Shown: one piece after another, positions 39,141 through 48,114 of the stretch
Numbering within the stretch: position 1 is the first letter of the stretch
Layout of the letters: every line of letters starts with the position of its first letter
Origin: Candidatus Poribacteria bacterium
GTDB taxonomy: Bacteria > Poribacteria > WGA-4E > WGA-3G
NCBI GenBank assembly: GCA_965205015.1
Contig: OZ242029.1
Location: 3,936,001-4,000,000, forward strand
DNA length: 64,000 nt
Reading direction: 5' to 3'
Made by a program: the position numbers and the translations under genes
The notes under the pieces: generated by a model
The model's input: only the letters and a program-made list of their open reading frames with translations
What the model was told of the DNA's origin: nothing
The model's database searches: none

Positions 39141-41114
39141 TTATCTCTCTTCTTCTTCCTGTGGCTCTTCTTGTGCCTTTGTCAGTTCTTGCATAGAAGG
39201 CACAAAAACCCGGTCGCCTTCCTTCAAACCACCCGTGATTTGAAAGTGGGTGTTATTGCGTTGTCCGATTGTAATGTGAGTTTTGACGCCTTTTTGCTCT
39301 TTTTTATCTTTATTGGATTCACCTGTATCTAACATAACAAAATACTGTCGCTCGCTACTCACTTCGGCTTCTATATCGGAGAGCACATTTTGTTCGGAAA
39401 TAACGATCGAGATCTCAGTCGGACCGTTCTTTAAGCCTTTTTGTGCACCTTCGAGTAAGATTTCAAGATTACCCCGCGTTTCCTCTGGCGCAATCTGGCC
39501 GACCCGTCCATCGAACTCGTTCCCAATTAAATTCCGGATTTTCAGCTCCTGTCCCTCCCGAAATTGCCCAATATCCGAGGGATTGACCTTCGCCTTAACA
39601 GTAAAGACCTTTGGACTCAGCACAGTGGGTATTGGCAGTTGAAGGATATCGGATTCTTCAAACACAATGATGTCAACATCCGCGGACATACCGGGTAGCA
39701 GTTCCGGTGGTGAACCGATAACCTCTACATCTACCTCAAAAGTGATAACAGAACTCTGATTCTGGGGACCACGGGGGGTTGCACTCGGTGAAATCTCGCT
39801 GACCTCTCCTGGAAAGACCCGTCCTGGATAACTATCAACGCTGATTTCTGCGCGTTGCCCCTCTTTTATTTTTCCGATTTCTACCTGATTTATCTGTGTC
39901 CTGACAATCATTTGATTGAGGTCGGCAATGCGCATAATCGCGTCGCCACGTGAGAAAGCGGAACGCCCCGAGGTGATAATTTCACCTTCTTCGACAGTGA
40001 GGCGCGTAATCGTGCCAGCCATAGGTGCTATGACTGTCGTCCATTCGTAGCGCTCTTGTTGAGACTCGAGTTGGCTTTGGGCTTGGAGCAAACTCGCCTC
40101 CGCACCAACTTTTGCGTGTCTGGTGAGTTCCTTCTCTTCTTCAGTCGTTTCCTCTAATTGACGGAGCCGTGTGCGAGCGTTCTCCAATTCCGCTTCCAAT
40201 TGCTTTTTCCGTGCTTCTTCCGATTCTTTAAGGGTCAGAACATTCTTTTTATTGAGTTCAAGGGTTGATTCACGACTCGAAATCGCTTCTTTCCTGACGT
40301 TGATATTTTCTTCTTGGGACTTAATGGTTTCCTCTTGGGATTCCACCTCTTTTTGTGCGTTTTCATACTGCGAATTCGCCGCAGCGAGTTGGTTTTGGGA
40401 TTCCTCCAGCGTCCGCTTTGAAACTAACTTCTTGTCAAACAGTTCTTTATTTCGCTTGTACTCGGACTCAGCCGTTTCGAGGGCTACCTTCGCGGATCCA
40501 ACACTCGTTGTCGCCCGATCAAGCATTAAGTTTGCCTGTGATAAAGCGATCTCAGCCTGCTTTAAGCCGATCTGATCGCGGTTGAGGTCAATCTGTGTCG
40601 TTGCGACCTGTGTTTCCGCTTCGGTCAGACGTTGCTGTGTCGTTGCGACAAATGAATCTAAAGTCGCCTGTGCGACCGCGACAGAGTTGCCTGCTTGGGC
40701 GAGACTACTCTCTTGTTGTTTTTCAGTAATTTGAATTTGGAGTTCTGCCTGTTGAAGTTGGGCTTTTCGGGCGTCGCGATTCGCCGCAGCTTGTTTCCGT
40801 TGCTCCAGAATTTGCTCATCATCAATTCGAAGTAAAGGAGCCCCCAGTTCAACCTCGTCCCCCTCATCAACGAAAATCTCGATGATTTCACCTTCAACGT
40901 TCGAGCGGACATCCACCTCAAGGAAGGAACGCAGATTACCGGACTCACGTACCCGAACGAGGAATTCGCCGCGCCGCACTATTTCCTGTTTCACCTCAGT
41001 TTCTTTCTTGTTTTGACCAAAACTGAGGTTGATTCGTGTAGCGCCAATTGCCCCGACGGCGATAACAACCAAGGCGACTACTCCGATGATAATCCACTTT
41101 TTCCGATTTTTCAT
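39141..41114 (-). CDS. Efflux periplasmic adaptor (MFP) with a very long coiled coil
   Basis: N-terminal TM, lipoyl halves (VDEGDEV; IAPMAG), LLPGMSADV. Confidence 0.9.
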   Translation of the reverse strand: MKNRKKWIIIGVVALVVIAVGAIGATRINLSFGQNKKETEVKQEIVRRGEFLVRVRESGNLRSFLEVDVRSNVEGEIIEIFVDEGDEVELGAPLLRIDDEQILEQRKQAAANRDARKAQLQQAELQIQITEKQQESSLAQAGNSVAVAQATLDSFVATTQQRLTEAETQVATTQIDLNRDQIGLKQAEIALSQANLMLDRATTSVGSAKVALETAESEYKRNKELFDKKLVSKRTLEESQNQLAAANSQYENAQKEVESQEETIKSQEENINVRKEAISSRESTLELNKKNVLTLKESEEARKKQLEAELENARTRLRQLEETTEEEKELTRHAKVGAEASLLQAQSQLESQQERYEWTTVIAPMAGTITRLTVEEGEIITSGRSAFSRGDAIMRIADLNQMIVRTQINQVEIGKIKEGQRAEISVDSYPGRVFPGEVSEISPSATPRGPQNQSSVITFEVDVEVIGSPPELLPGMSADVDIIVFEESDILQLPIPTVLSPKVFTVKAKVNPSDIGQFREGQELKIRNLIGNEFDGRVGQIAPEETRGNLEILLEGAQKGLKNGPTEISIVISEQNVLSDIEAEVSSERQYFVMLDTGESNKDKKEQKGVKTHITIGQRNNTHFQITGGLKEGDRVFVPSMQELTKAQEEPQEEEER

Positions 41115-41116
41115 GG

Positions 41117-42493
41117 CTACTGTAAGACTCCCATTGCATCTTGTAAACGGGTTTGCGAGATTTTGTAGGCGTAGAAGGTATTCACCTCATCCGTCAACGC
41201 TTGTGCGTAACTGGTTTGTGCATCAAGAAGTTCAAGCAGGATCGCTTTGTCAACATCAAAGCGTCCTTGAATAACGTCCAAACTGAGCCGAGCATTGATA
41301 ACCTGTGTTTTGGCGATATCAACGGCGGCTTCACTGCGCTTAAGATTTAGATACGATTGCCGGACATCTAAGGCGACGGAACGCTCCAAGTCACTCGCAT
41401 TTTCACGCGCCTGTTCTAATTGCATCGTTAGTTCCTTGACGCGATTCCCCAAAATACCGCCATCAAAAAGCGTGAAATTGAGTGACACCCCCAGACTCCA
41501 ACTTCGGAAATCAGAGAAATTCTCACGCTCACGGAGGTAATCATCAAGATTGACGTTATAGTCAGCATCGGCGTTCAGACGGGGCCACCGCTGTAATTTC
41601 GCGAGCGTTAACGACCATTCCTGTGATTTCAATTGTGCTTCCGTTTCTTTAAATTCTGGACGACTGTCAAGGGCTATCTGGATAGCTTCCTCAACGGGTA
41701 TTTCTATCGTTTCAATGGTGCCACGCTGCTGGTATGACTGATAAGACTCATCCGCCGCAACGGTAATTAAAACACCTGGATCTAAACCGAGGAGCCGGGG
41801 TAACCTGGCTTTGGCAACTTGAAGTAAATTTTGGTTATTTAGCAGTGTTAATCTGTTATTTCCTTCTCGCACCTCAGCAGTCGCTATATCTGCTGGAATG
41901 AGTGAGCCTGCCTCTACGAAATCTTTCGTTCGTTGTGTATTCTCTTGTGCCCTTGCCAAATTCTGCTCACTGACTTCGACCAGTGCTTGATACTGTAGGA
42001 CATCATAATAGGCTTCTGTGATTTGCAAAATGAGGCTCTGTTTGATCCCTTCATTGCGGCTCACAGTAGCGTTCAGTGATTCTTTTGCCTGTGCGAACCC
42101 ACCTTCGCGTTGACCATTGTCCCAAATTGTGTATTGTGCACCCAATCCTAAATTGTAGTTTTCAGGCTCGAAGCCGAAGTCGATTCGGTCAGAAAAATCG
42201 TAAGCGCCGGTCGAAAAAATCCGTGGAAAATAGTCAGCACGTGCAGTTTTTATCCGAAGTTCCTGTATAGCAAGATTCAAGCGCGCGTTTCGCATACTTG
42301 TTGATTTTTCCAAGCCTACTTGGATGCATTGTTCAAGTGTCAAAGGTTGGGTTAGGTCGACTTCGGTGGCAGGTTCCTGCGCACTCACACAAAAAACAGC
42401 TGCAAACTGAACAGCGAGAATGAATTTTAATAGCAAGTTTCGGAAACCTGTGGGTCTTGACAAAACAATGAATTTAATTTTCTCCTGAATCAT
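41117..42493 (-). CDS. TolC family outer membrane protein
   Basis: LTLEQCIQ, AYYDVL, LLDAQ, two-repeat pattern; AAGGAG SD before the ATG at 42493. Confidence 0.92.
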   Translation of the reverse strand: MIQEKIKFIVLSRPTGFRNLLLKFILAVQFAAVFCVSAQEPATEVDLTQPLTLEQCIQVGLEKSTSMRNARLNLAIQELRIKTARADYFPRIFSTGAYDFSDRIDFGFEPENYNLGLGAQYTIWDNGQREGGFAQAKESLNATVSRNEGIKQSLILQITEAYYDVLQYQALVEVSEQNLARAQENTQRTKDFVEAGSLIPADIATAEVREGNNRLTLLNNQNLLQVAKARLPRLLGLDPGVLITVAADESYQSYQQRGTIETIEIPVEEAIQIALDSRPEFKETEAQLKSQEWSLTLAKLQRWPRLNADADYNVNLDDYLRERENFSDFRSWSLGVSLNFTLFDGGILGNRVKELTMQLEQARENASDLERSVALDVRQSYLNLKRSEAAVDIAKTQVINARLSLDVIQGRFDVDKAILLELLDAQTSYAQALTDEVNTFYAYKISQTRLQDAMGVLQ

Positions 42494-42748
42494 TAACATC
42501 TCCTTGTCCGTTCCAACATTTGTAGATGCACTTCTTGGCGGACGCCTATGGTCTGAAATTTTAACCGTTGCGTTTTAACTTTCAAGACACACCAAAAAGA
42601 TCTATTTATAACATTTTGACGCAGTTTCTTGACAAAAGTTTAGACATTTTAATACCCAAAGAGGTTCTTTTTTCTTGCAATTATCCAGAATTTCTGTTAA
42701 ACTGTTACCAAATTAGAGACGCTAAAATACACATTTTGGACGAGAGAT

Positions 42749-44386
42749 ATGTCAAAACAGAAGTTCCTGTTTATTCCCATCTTTATTTGTGTCGCATCGG
42801 TTATTTTCGTATCAACACCCGAACTCTCGGCTGATTCTGGCACACATTGGTTAATTGTGGACGCAACACCGGAAGCACGGGCCCATGAAGTGCTCAACTC
42901 ACTGATTGAACTCCTAACGACCCGTGGAAAGGTACCGAGTGAGCAGATCCACCGTATTGAAGGTGACAGTGCCACCCCTGAAGAGATCCATGCCATGCTT
43001 CAGGAAATTGGGAGGCAAACAACCGTTGAGAATACTCTATTTTTTCTATATCACGGGAGGGTTACCAAGCCGAGAGGCATGAACGCTATGCATCTGCTAA
43101 CACAAGGAGATGAACAGGGGATTCAAGATGCCACCCTCAACGATTGGTTCAGAGAGGGAGAAAGAAAGGACACCATTGTTATTGTCGATGGTTACACGGA
43201 GGATACGAACCTAAACGCCTACTACGCCAACCGCGAGACACTTGGCACTGCTGCGCTCAACTCAATTCAATCGGCGGGGAAAGCAAACACAACAACCCTC
43301 CTTCAGCAACTCCATGACACGCTCACCGTAGATACAACCGATACGGACGACAATCGACAACTCAGCATTATAGAAAGTTACGAATTGTTGCGGGACCATC
43401 CCGATTTTATGGACGGAATTCTTGCACCAACGGGTGATGTTGAAGTGGCACTTCTCAAACTCAGCCCTGCGCTTAAGATCACAACATTTCCCGAAGGCGC
43501 GGATATCTCCATCAACGACGTAGAGGTCGGAATCACACCAAAACTCATCACAGAAAATCTGCAACAAGGCACCTCCACTGTAACCGTGAAGAAAGCCGGA
43601 TACGTCATTCCATCGCCTAAAACCGTTGAACTGCAATTAGAACTTGGAGAATCCGCCCATGTTGCTTGGGCACTTGAGCCTATTACTATTCACGGGACCG
43701 TTATGGGCGTTTCGGATGAATCCCCTGCTGGCGCTATAGTTTGGATTGATGGAACGGCGCATCAACGGATCGTGGAAGCGGATGGAATCTACCGTTTCGA
43801 TGAATGGAAGGATTCAGATTTATTGAGTCTCGGTGAAACTTATACCCTCTATGTGAAACAGGGGGACCTGAATTACGGTTCTGCCACTTTCACATTTGAC
43901 GGCTATACCGATATAACACAACCCCTGCAGCTTGTGAAGCGAACCTGGTTTGAAGTGGCACAAATCGAATTCGACAGGCATAACCATCAAGGGGCTGTCA
44001 CTGCGTTTCAGAACGGGATTGAACGCACAAGCGATTTCCCACAAATGTCCCCCGATTTAACAGTCTTACTCCTCAGCTCCTTCGCTGACGCTGTAGAGAA
44101 ACAAGACGTTCAGGATGTCACCTATCTCGTCGTTACAGCAAAACTTGCCGACCAGCACGGTCAGCCCGAGCTTGCCAAAAAGTATTGGGAAGAGGTGAAA
44201 ACAAAAGCAGAAAAGGGGAGTCCTGCCGCTAAACTCGCAAGCCAGCGGCTGTGGCAGCTGAACCGTGGACGTTATCTCATGAATATCGGCTTAATTGTGT
44301 TGCTGGTCGTTCTATTGGCATCAGGGGTATGGACGTTCTTTAGATTCCGAAAATCCAAGCGCGCTGTTTCGAAATCTCATGAGTAG
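42749..44386 (+). CDS. Exported PEGA-domain protein with C-terminal membrane anchor and degenerate caspase-like N-domain
   Basis: Signal peptide; PEGA ITTFPEGADISIND..G.TP; TPR-like helices; C-terminal TM plus basic tail. Confidence 0.7.
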   Translation: MSKQKFLFIPIFICVASVIFVSTPELSADSGTHWLIVDATPEARAHEVLNSLIELLTTRGKVPSEQIHRIEGDSATPEEIHAMLQEIGRQTTVENTLFFLYHGRVTKPRGMNAMHLLTQGDEQGIQDATLNDWFREGERKDTIVIVDGYTEDTNLNAYYANRETLGTAALNSIQSAGKANTTTLLQQLHDTLTVDTTDTDDNRQLSIIESYELLRDHPDFMDGILAPTGDVEVALLKLSPALKITTFPEGADISINDVEVGITPKLITENLQQGTSTVTVKKAGYVIPSPKTVELQLELGESAHVAWALEPITIHGTVMGVSDESPAGAIVWIDGTAHQRIVEADGIYRFDEWKDSDLLSLGETYTLYVKQGDLNYGSATFTFDGYTDITQPLQLVKRTWFEVAQIEFDRHNHQGAVTAFQNGIERTSDFPQMSPDLTVLLLSSFADAVEKQDVQDVTYLVVTAKLADQHGQPELAKKYWEEVKTKAEKGSPAAKLASQRLWQLNRGRYLMNIGLIVLLVVLLASGVWTFFRFRKSKRAVSKSHE

Positions 44387-44414
44387 TAGTCTATCCAGTC
44401 TAAACGAAGGGGCG

Positions 44415-44555
44415 GTTCGTAGTGGCGCAATAGCGCAAGTCGCGTGTGGACTTGCGGTTAACCATCAACTCGCCTCCGATACAATATTCAAAGGAAACCC
44501 GAGTTGAGGGTTAAAATGCGGTATGGGAGAGGCGATGAATCGCCTCACTACGAAC
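44415..44555. repeat. REPIN-like inverted REP pair
   Basis: GTTCGTAGTG ... CACTACGAAC; right copy reads GTAGTGAGGCGATTCATCGCCTC on the minus strand. Confidence 0.7.
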
Positions 44556-44589
44556 GGGGTTTACCTTTCATTTGAGAGTTGACAAAGCA

Positions 44590-45378
44590 TTAGGTGTGTG
44601 CTTGCAAACGCGCAAGTTGCTCCCGGAGGCGTTCAATTTCTTCCTCGGCTTTCTGTCGCGCAAGGGCTTCTTGTTCGGCGCGTGCCTCTGCGTTTTCGGC
44701 GCGTGCCTCTGCGTTTTCGGCGCGTGCGATCTCCTCCTGTCGCGCAAGGGTTTCTTGTTCGGCGCGTGTGGCGTGCTGCTCCTCCAGGGTTTGGAGCCAC
44801 CCCTCGCCGACCGGGTCGTAAACCCTTAAACGCCCATCTTGTATATGGAAATCTAAGTCGAGGACATCTGAATGAATCTCGCCATCAACCCCCGGTGGAA
44901 TCGGCACATAAACACCATCTACCAACTGAAATCCCATCAGGGGCGACGGTAGATAGAGGGCCTCGGCATCGTAGAGGAGGTAGTTGGGTATGTTAAGCCC
45001 GGCGTAGGTCTCCATCTTGTCTGTGAGATCGTTTTGATAGGTGGTTTTGCTTGAAAACTCCATGACGAAATCGGGTGCCTTCCCTTCCTCCCATACCTTG
45101 TAAGTGTGGCGCAACTTTTGCCCTATGCCAAAAGTGACAAGGACATCTGGGGCAACGACTGCACGTGGGTTTCCCTCCACGTAGTAGGTCAGAATATCGC
45201 CAGAGACATAGACATCGGACGTTTGCGCGAAATGTGCCTTCAGGGTCTGCAAAAGCCAGATAAGGATTTCAAGATGGAGGTCGCTAGCTGCCATAGGTTC
45301 ACCGTCGGTATCAGGATAAATGTCTGTTGCGTCTGGGGGCGCGTGAGGAATGTTAAGCCGATTTGTGTAAGTATTCAT
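44590..45378 (-). CDS. Uma2 family (DUF820) putative endonuclease with repetitive coiled-coil tail
   Basis: YPDTDGEPMA, VAPDV, PDFVMEFSS, YLLYD; AAAGGAG SD before MNTYT. Confidence 0.92.
   Translation of the reverse strand: MNTYTNRLNIPHAPPDATDIYPDTDGEPMAASDLHLEILIWLLQTLKAHFAQTSDVYVSGDILTYYVEGNPRAVVAPDVLVTFGIGQKLRHTYKVWEEGKAPDFVMEFSSKTTYQNDLTDKMETYAGLNIPNYLLYDAEALYLPSPLMGFQLVDGVYVPIPPGVDGEIHSDVLDLDFHIQDGRLRVYDPVGEGWLQTLEEQHATRAEQETLARQEEIARAENAEARAENAEARAEQEALARQKAEEEIERLREQLARLQAHT
44653..44768 (-). repeat. 21-bp-period repeats in the Uma2 tail (ARAENAE / ARAEQE.LARQ)
   Basis: ttcggcgcgtgcctctgcgtt x2.5, plus a duplicated 32-mer at 44653 and 44737. Confidence 0.85.
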
Positions 45379-45475
45379 CGGTGTTTCTCCTTTGCCGTGG
45401 GACATGTGAAAAAATATCGTAACGTCTAATGCTTGTGAGAACATGTGTAGAAGAATCGTCCCTTCACTATGGGCA

Positions 45476-46588
45476 TTATATCGTTGTTTGTAGGAGATTG
45501 TCAACCTTTTTGGCGGGGCTGTTTTCAGCGAAAAGCGCTTCCAATACGACCGTCGCATACCCACCCGCAGGCAGCGTAAAACTGAGACGGACTCCCCCAC
45601 CATTGACAGCAGACACCGCATGCAATTGCATCGGCATCCGTAGCGGTCTACGCGTCCCCGGTAAACGGATACCGACTACCTTACGAAAGGCTTCAAATCG
45701 AACCGCTTCATCCGCAAGGAGCGATGTCTCCAGCGCGAGCACGTCGCCAGTTGGCAGCCGCATCTTATATCCGAAAATCGGACCGGAAGGACTAATTTCA
45801 AAGGCATCTGCGCGGGGTTGCTCAGCGGTAGCATCCACAACGAGAAAAGGTGCGCCGTTCTCATGTTTTATAGCAATATCTCCACCAAGAAGTTCCCTCA
45901 GACACGGGGTTCGCATTTCTAAGACGCGGTTGAACAGGAATGCCTGATACGCCGACAAAAACAACTTACGCAGCCGATGTGGAATACACATGACGGCTTT
46001 TTCCGGGGACTTCTTCGCTAATTCCCGTTGCAGACGGCGTGCGGTATCATCGACCTGTCGCGCGTCATCCGTGAGCATGTAACGCACCACTGCATCCCAA
46101 TCCGCCTTTACGAGTGCCTTGCCAATCAGGTGTGAATCGTTTTTATTGCCAAACCGTTGTGCCCCAAAGCGATTCGGCACGCCTTCGGTTGCCAACCGCT
46201 TCATCGTGGATTCGATGAGAGGTAGTGCATCGTGCGGAATATCGCGGAGGGTTATCTGAAACCGGTTGCCCCGAAGGTGTCCTACCCGTAATTTATGTGG
46301 ATGCCGTTTCGCCCAAAGAACCTCAATATCGGGTTGTTCAATCTGCAAGACCTGCTCTGGTGAGATCCCTTCGACAGATAGGACTTGTGTCGTGACGGCG
46401 TTCTTATCCTTCAAACCGGCGTAACCGAGCTTCCCGGTCTGTACCTGTAAATCCCGTGCAATTCGGTGAATCGCCTCCAAGGTGCTGAGATTCCGTTTCC
46501 GAATAGCGAAAAAGGTATGCGTTCCTGTCCGGGTAGGTTCGTAGAGCGGTAGTTCCTCGACAATAAAATCTTCAGGTGCTTTAATCAT
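45476..46588 (-). CDS. truD: tRNA pseudouridine(13) synthase
   Basis: PEDFIVEE, YAGLKDKNAVTTQ, GHLRGNRF, NRFGAQRFG, FTLPAGGYAT. Confidence 0.96.
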   Translation of the reverse strand: MIKAPEDFIVEELPLYEPTRTGTHTFFAIRKRNLSTLEAIHRIARDLQVQTGKLGYAGLKDKNAVTTQVLSVEGISPEQVLQIEQPDIEVLWAKRHPHKLRVGHLRGNRFQITLRDIPHDALPLIESTMKRLATEGVPNRFGAQRFGNKNDSHLIGKALVKADWDAVVRYMLTDDARQVDDTARRLQRELAKKSPEKAVMCIPHRLRKLFLSAYQAFLFNRVLEMRTPCLRELLGGDIAIKHENGAPFLVVDATAEQPRADAFEISPSGPIFGYKMRLPTGDVLALETSLLADEAVRFEAFRKVVGIRLPGTRRPLRMPMQLHAVSAVNGGGVRLSFTLPAGGYATVVLEALFAENSPAKKVDNLLQTTI

Positions 46589-46590
46589 TT

Positions 46591-46676
46591 TTTAATTTTA
46601 CCTTGCGGATAAGTTTCGTCATCTGTTATTGGAGAGTTTTTGATTTTGAGTCGCACTCCATTTCATTTCGTGCTTG
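46591..46676 (-). repeat. ~86-bp element abutting the truD start; paralog at 8132-8217
   Basis: Same 18-mer and same internal spacing as the trkA copy. Confidence 0.7.
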
Positions 46677-46720
46677 GTTTTTGATGTTATGAACTTTGAT
46701 GGTTCCTTAGTCTCTATCCC

Positions 46721-46749
46721 ATTATAATCATCATTGGTCTATTTGTCAA
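46721..46749 (-). promoter_or_regulatory. Consensus sigma-70 promoter for truD
   Basis: TTGACA-17-TATAAT. Confidence 0.8.
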
Positions 46750-46774
46750 ACGTGTGGAAAACGGAAATATTTCC

Positions 46775-46803
46775 TTGCCACAGGTGCTTAATTGTGGTAT
46801 ACT
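46775..46803 (+). promoter_or_regulatory. Sigma-70 promoter for the ferredoxin fusion and bioA
   Basis: TTGCCA-17-TATACT with extended TG. Confidence 0.7.
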
Positions 46804-46830
46804 TAACAGTGAAGCACCAAAAAGGAGGGA

Positions 46831-48093
46831 ATGATGGCTTACATAATTTGCGAACCGTGTGTCGATGTAATGGACACAGCGTGCGTTGATGTCTGTCCGG
46901 TCGATTGTATACACACCACCGAAGGCGAAAATCAACTTTACATTAACCCGGATGAATGTATCGACTGCGCGGCATGCGAACCTGCGTGTCCGGTTGACGC
47001 GATCTCTATGCAAAGTGATGTGCCCAGCGAATGGGAACCGTATATTGAGATAAACCGTAAATTTTTTGAGACCTTCGTTAAACCTGAAACGGCGGACGAA
47101 GGAGCTGACGAAACCGGAAAAACCAAGCAAGGAAAGCAACAGGGTATACCTGAAGAGTTCGTGCAAATACCAGAGGTCCCAGATTCAAGACTTCGCGCAC
47201 CCTACAATATCTTAACGCTGCTTCTACAACCGCTGCTCGGTGCCTTTTCAGCGAGATTTAAAGCACGGCTTGAGGAGATGGCTGGGAATACACTTGTCTT
47301 TAGTTCTGCGGTATCAACAGGTATCAATAGTCTTATCAATTTGACGCTCTATCCGCTGATCCTCTTTTTCGTCGGCGTCAAAGGGCAAAGTGCCAACCTT
47401 TTTACGAGTGAAGGCAACCTGATGATTTTCTTGGGGATTATCATCGCTATTTCTGAAGGTATTTATCGGTTTAAGGACGAGTTCAATTCCACAGTTGAAC
47501 ACCCGCGTTACGGTGCGGCTTTCTATGGATGGTTCCCGTCGCTTATTGCAACCCCACTCCTGAGTGGCTTACGTTCAGCACTCACCGTTCAGCGAGAAGA
47601 GGAACGCACAACAATGCCCGGATCGGTCCTCACAGATGGTGAGATCTATTCTGACGACCTACGGGAACGTTACAGACGCTACGGTATGGTAAATCGCGTT
47701 ACAGAACTGACGAACCACTACGAGGTCGAAATCGAATTTCCGAGGTGGGTTCCAAATTCGGTCGCCAAAGAAGAGCATGAACTCCCTGATAGAATGCCGG
47801 ATTACGCCTATGAAATCCAACTCAGTTCGCCGTATGTCCCCGGTGAACCCCCCGCGCCTGAAAGCGTCTTAACTGTTCAGACACAATTAGATGATCCAAG
47901 GTTTGCTTCTGTTGTCGGTCGCACCAGTTCATTCCCGAACGGTTTCACAAATATCATGCCCATCTCCGGACAGCCGGAAGATTTTCAGGCGACGTATCGG
48001 AATAAGGTGTTGACGATTATCGTCTCCAAAAGCGGCACCTGTGAATCGCTCGGACTTGAACCCATAGCGCATTATGCCAAACTGAAGGGATAG
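46831..48093 (+). CDS. 7Fe-type ferredoxin fused to a membrane segment and an Hsp20-like C-terminal domain
   Basis: CEPC..ACVDVCPVDCI..INPDECIDCAACEPACPVDAI; hydrophobic middle; YEVEIEFP...ATYRNKVLTIIVSK. Confidence 0.75.
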   Translation: MMAYIICEPCVDVMDTACVDVCPVDCIHTTEGENQLYINPDECIDCAACEPACPVDAISMQSDVPSEWEPYIEINRKFFETFVKPETADEGADETGKTKQGKQQGIPEEFVQIPEVPDSRLRAPYNILTLLLQPLLGAFSARFKARLEEMAGNTLVFSSAVSTGINSLINLTLYPLILFFVGVKGQSANLFTSEGNLMIFLGIIIAISEGIYRFKDEFNSTVEHPRYGAAFYGWFPSLIATPLLSGLRSALTVQREEERTTMPGSVLTDGEIYSDDLRERYRRYGMVNRVTELTNHYEVEIEFPRWVPNSVAKEEHELPDRMPDYAYEIQLSSPYVPGEPPAPESVLTVQTQLDDPRFASVVGRTSSFPNGFTNIMPISGQPEDFQATYRNKVLTIIVSKSGTCESLGLEPIAHYAKLKG

Positions 48094-48114
48094 CGAAACT
48101 TGCAGTTATGAGCC

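Noticed and set aside
44590-45378. Uma2 gene as a defence system or the mobiliser of the repeats
   Set aside because: It is a solo gene of a commonly expanded family with no partner genes or HUH motif; adjacency to the REP pair is not sufficient evidence.
45379-45621. N-terminal extension of the Uma2 ORF
   Set aside because: It overlaps truD; a strong SD precedes the ATG at 45378.
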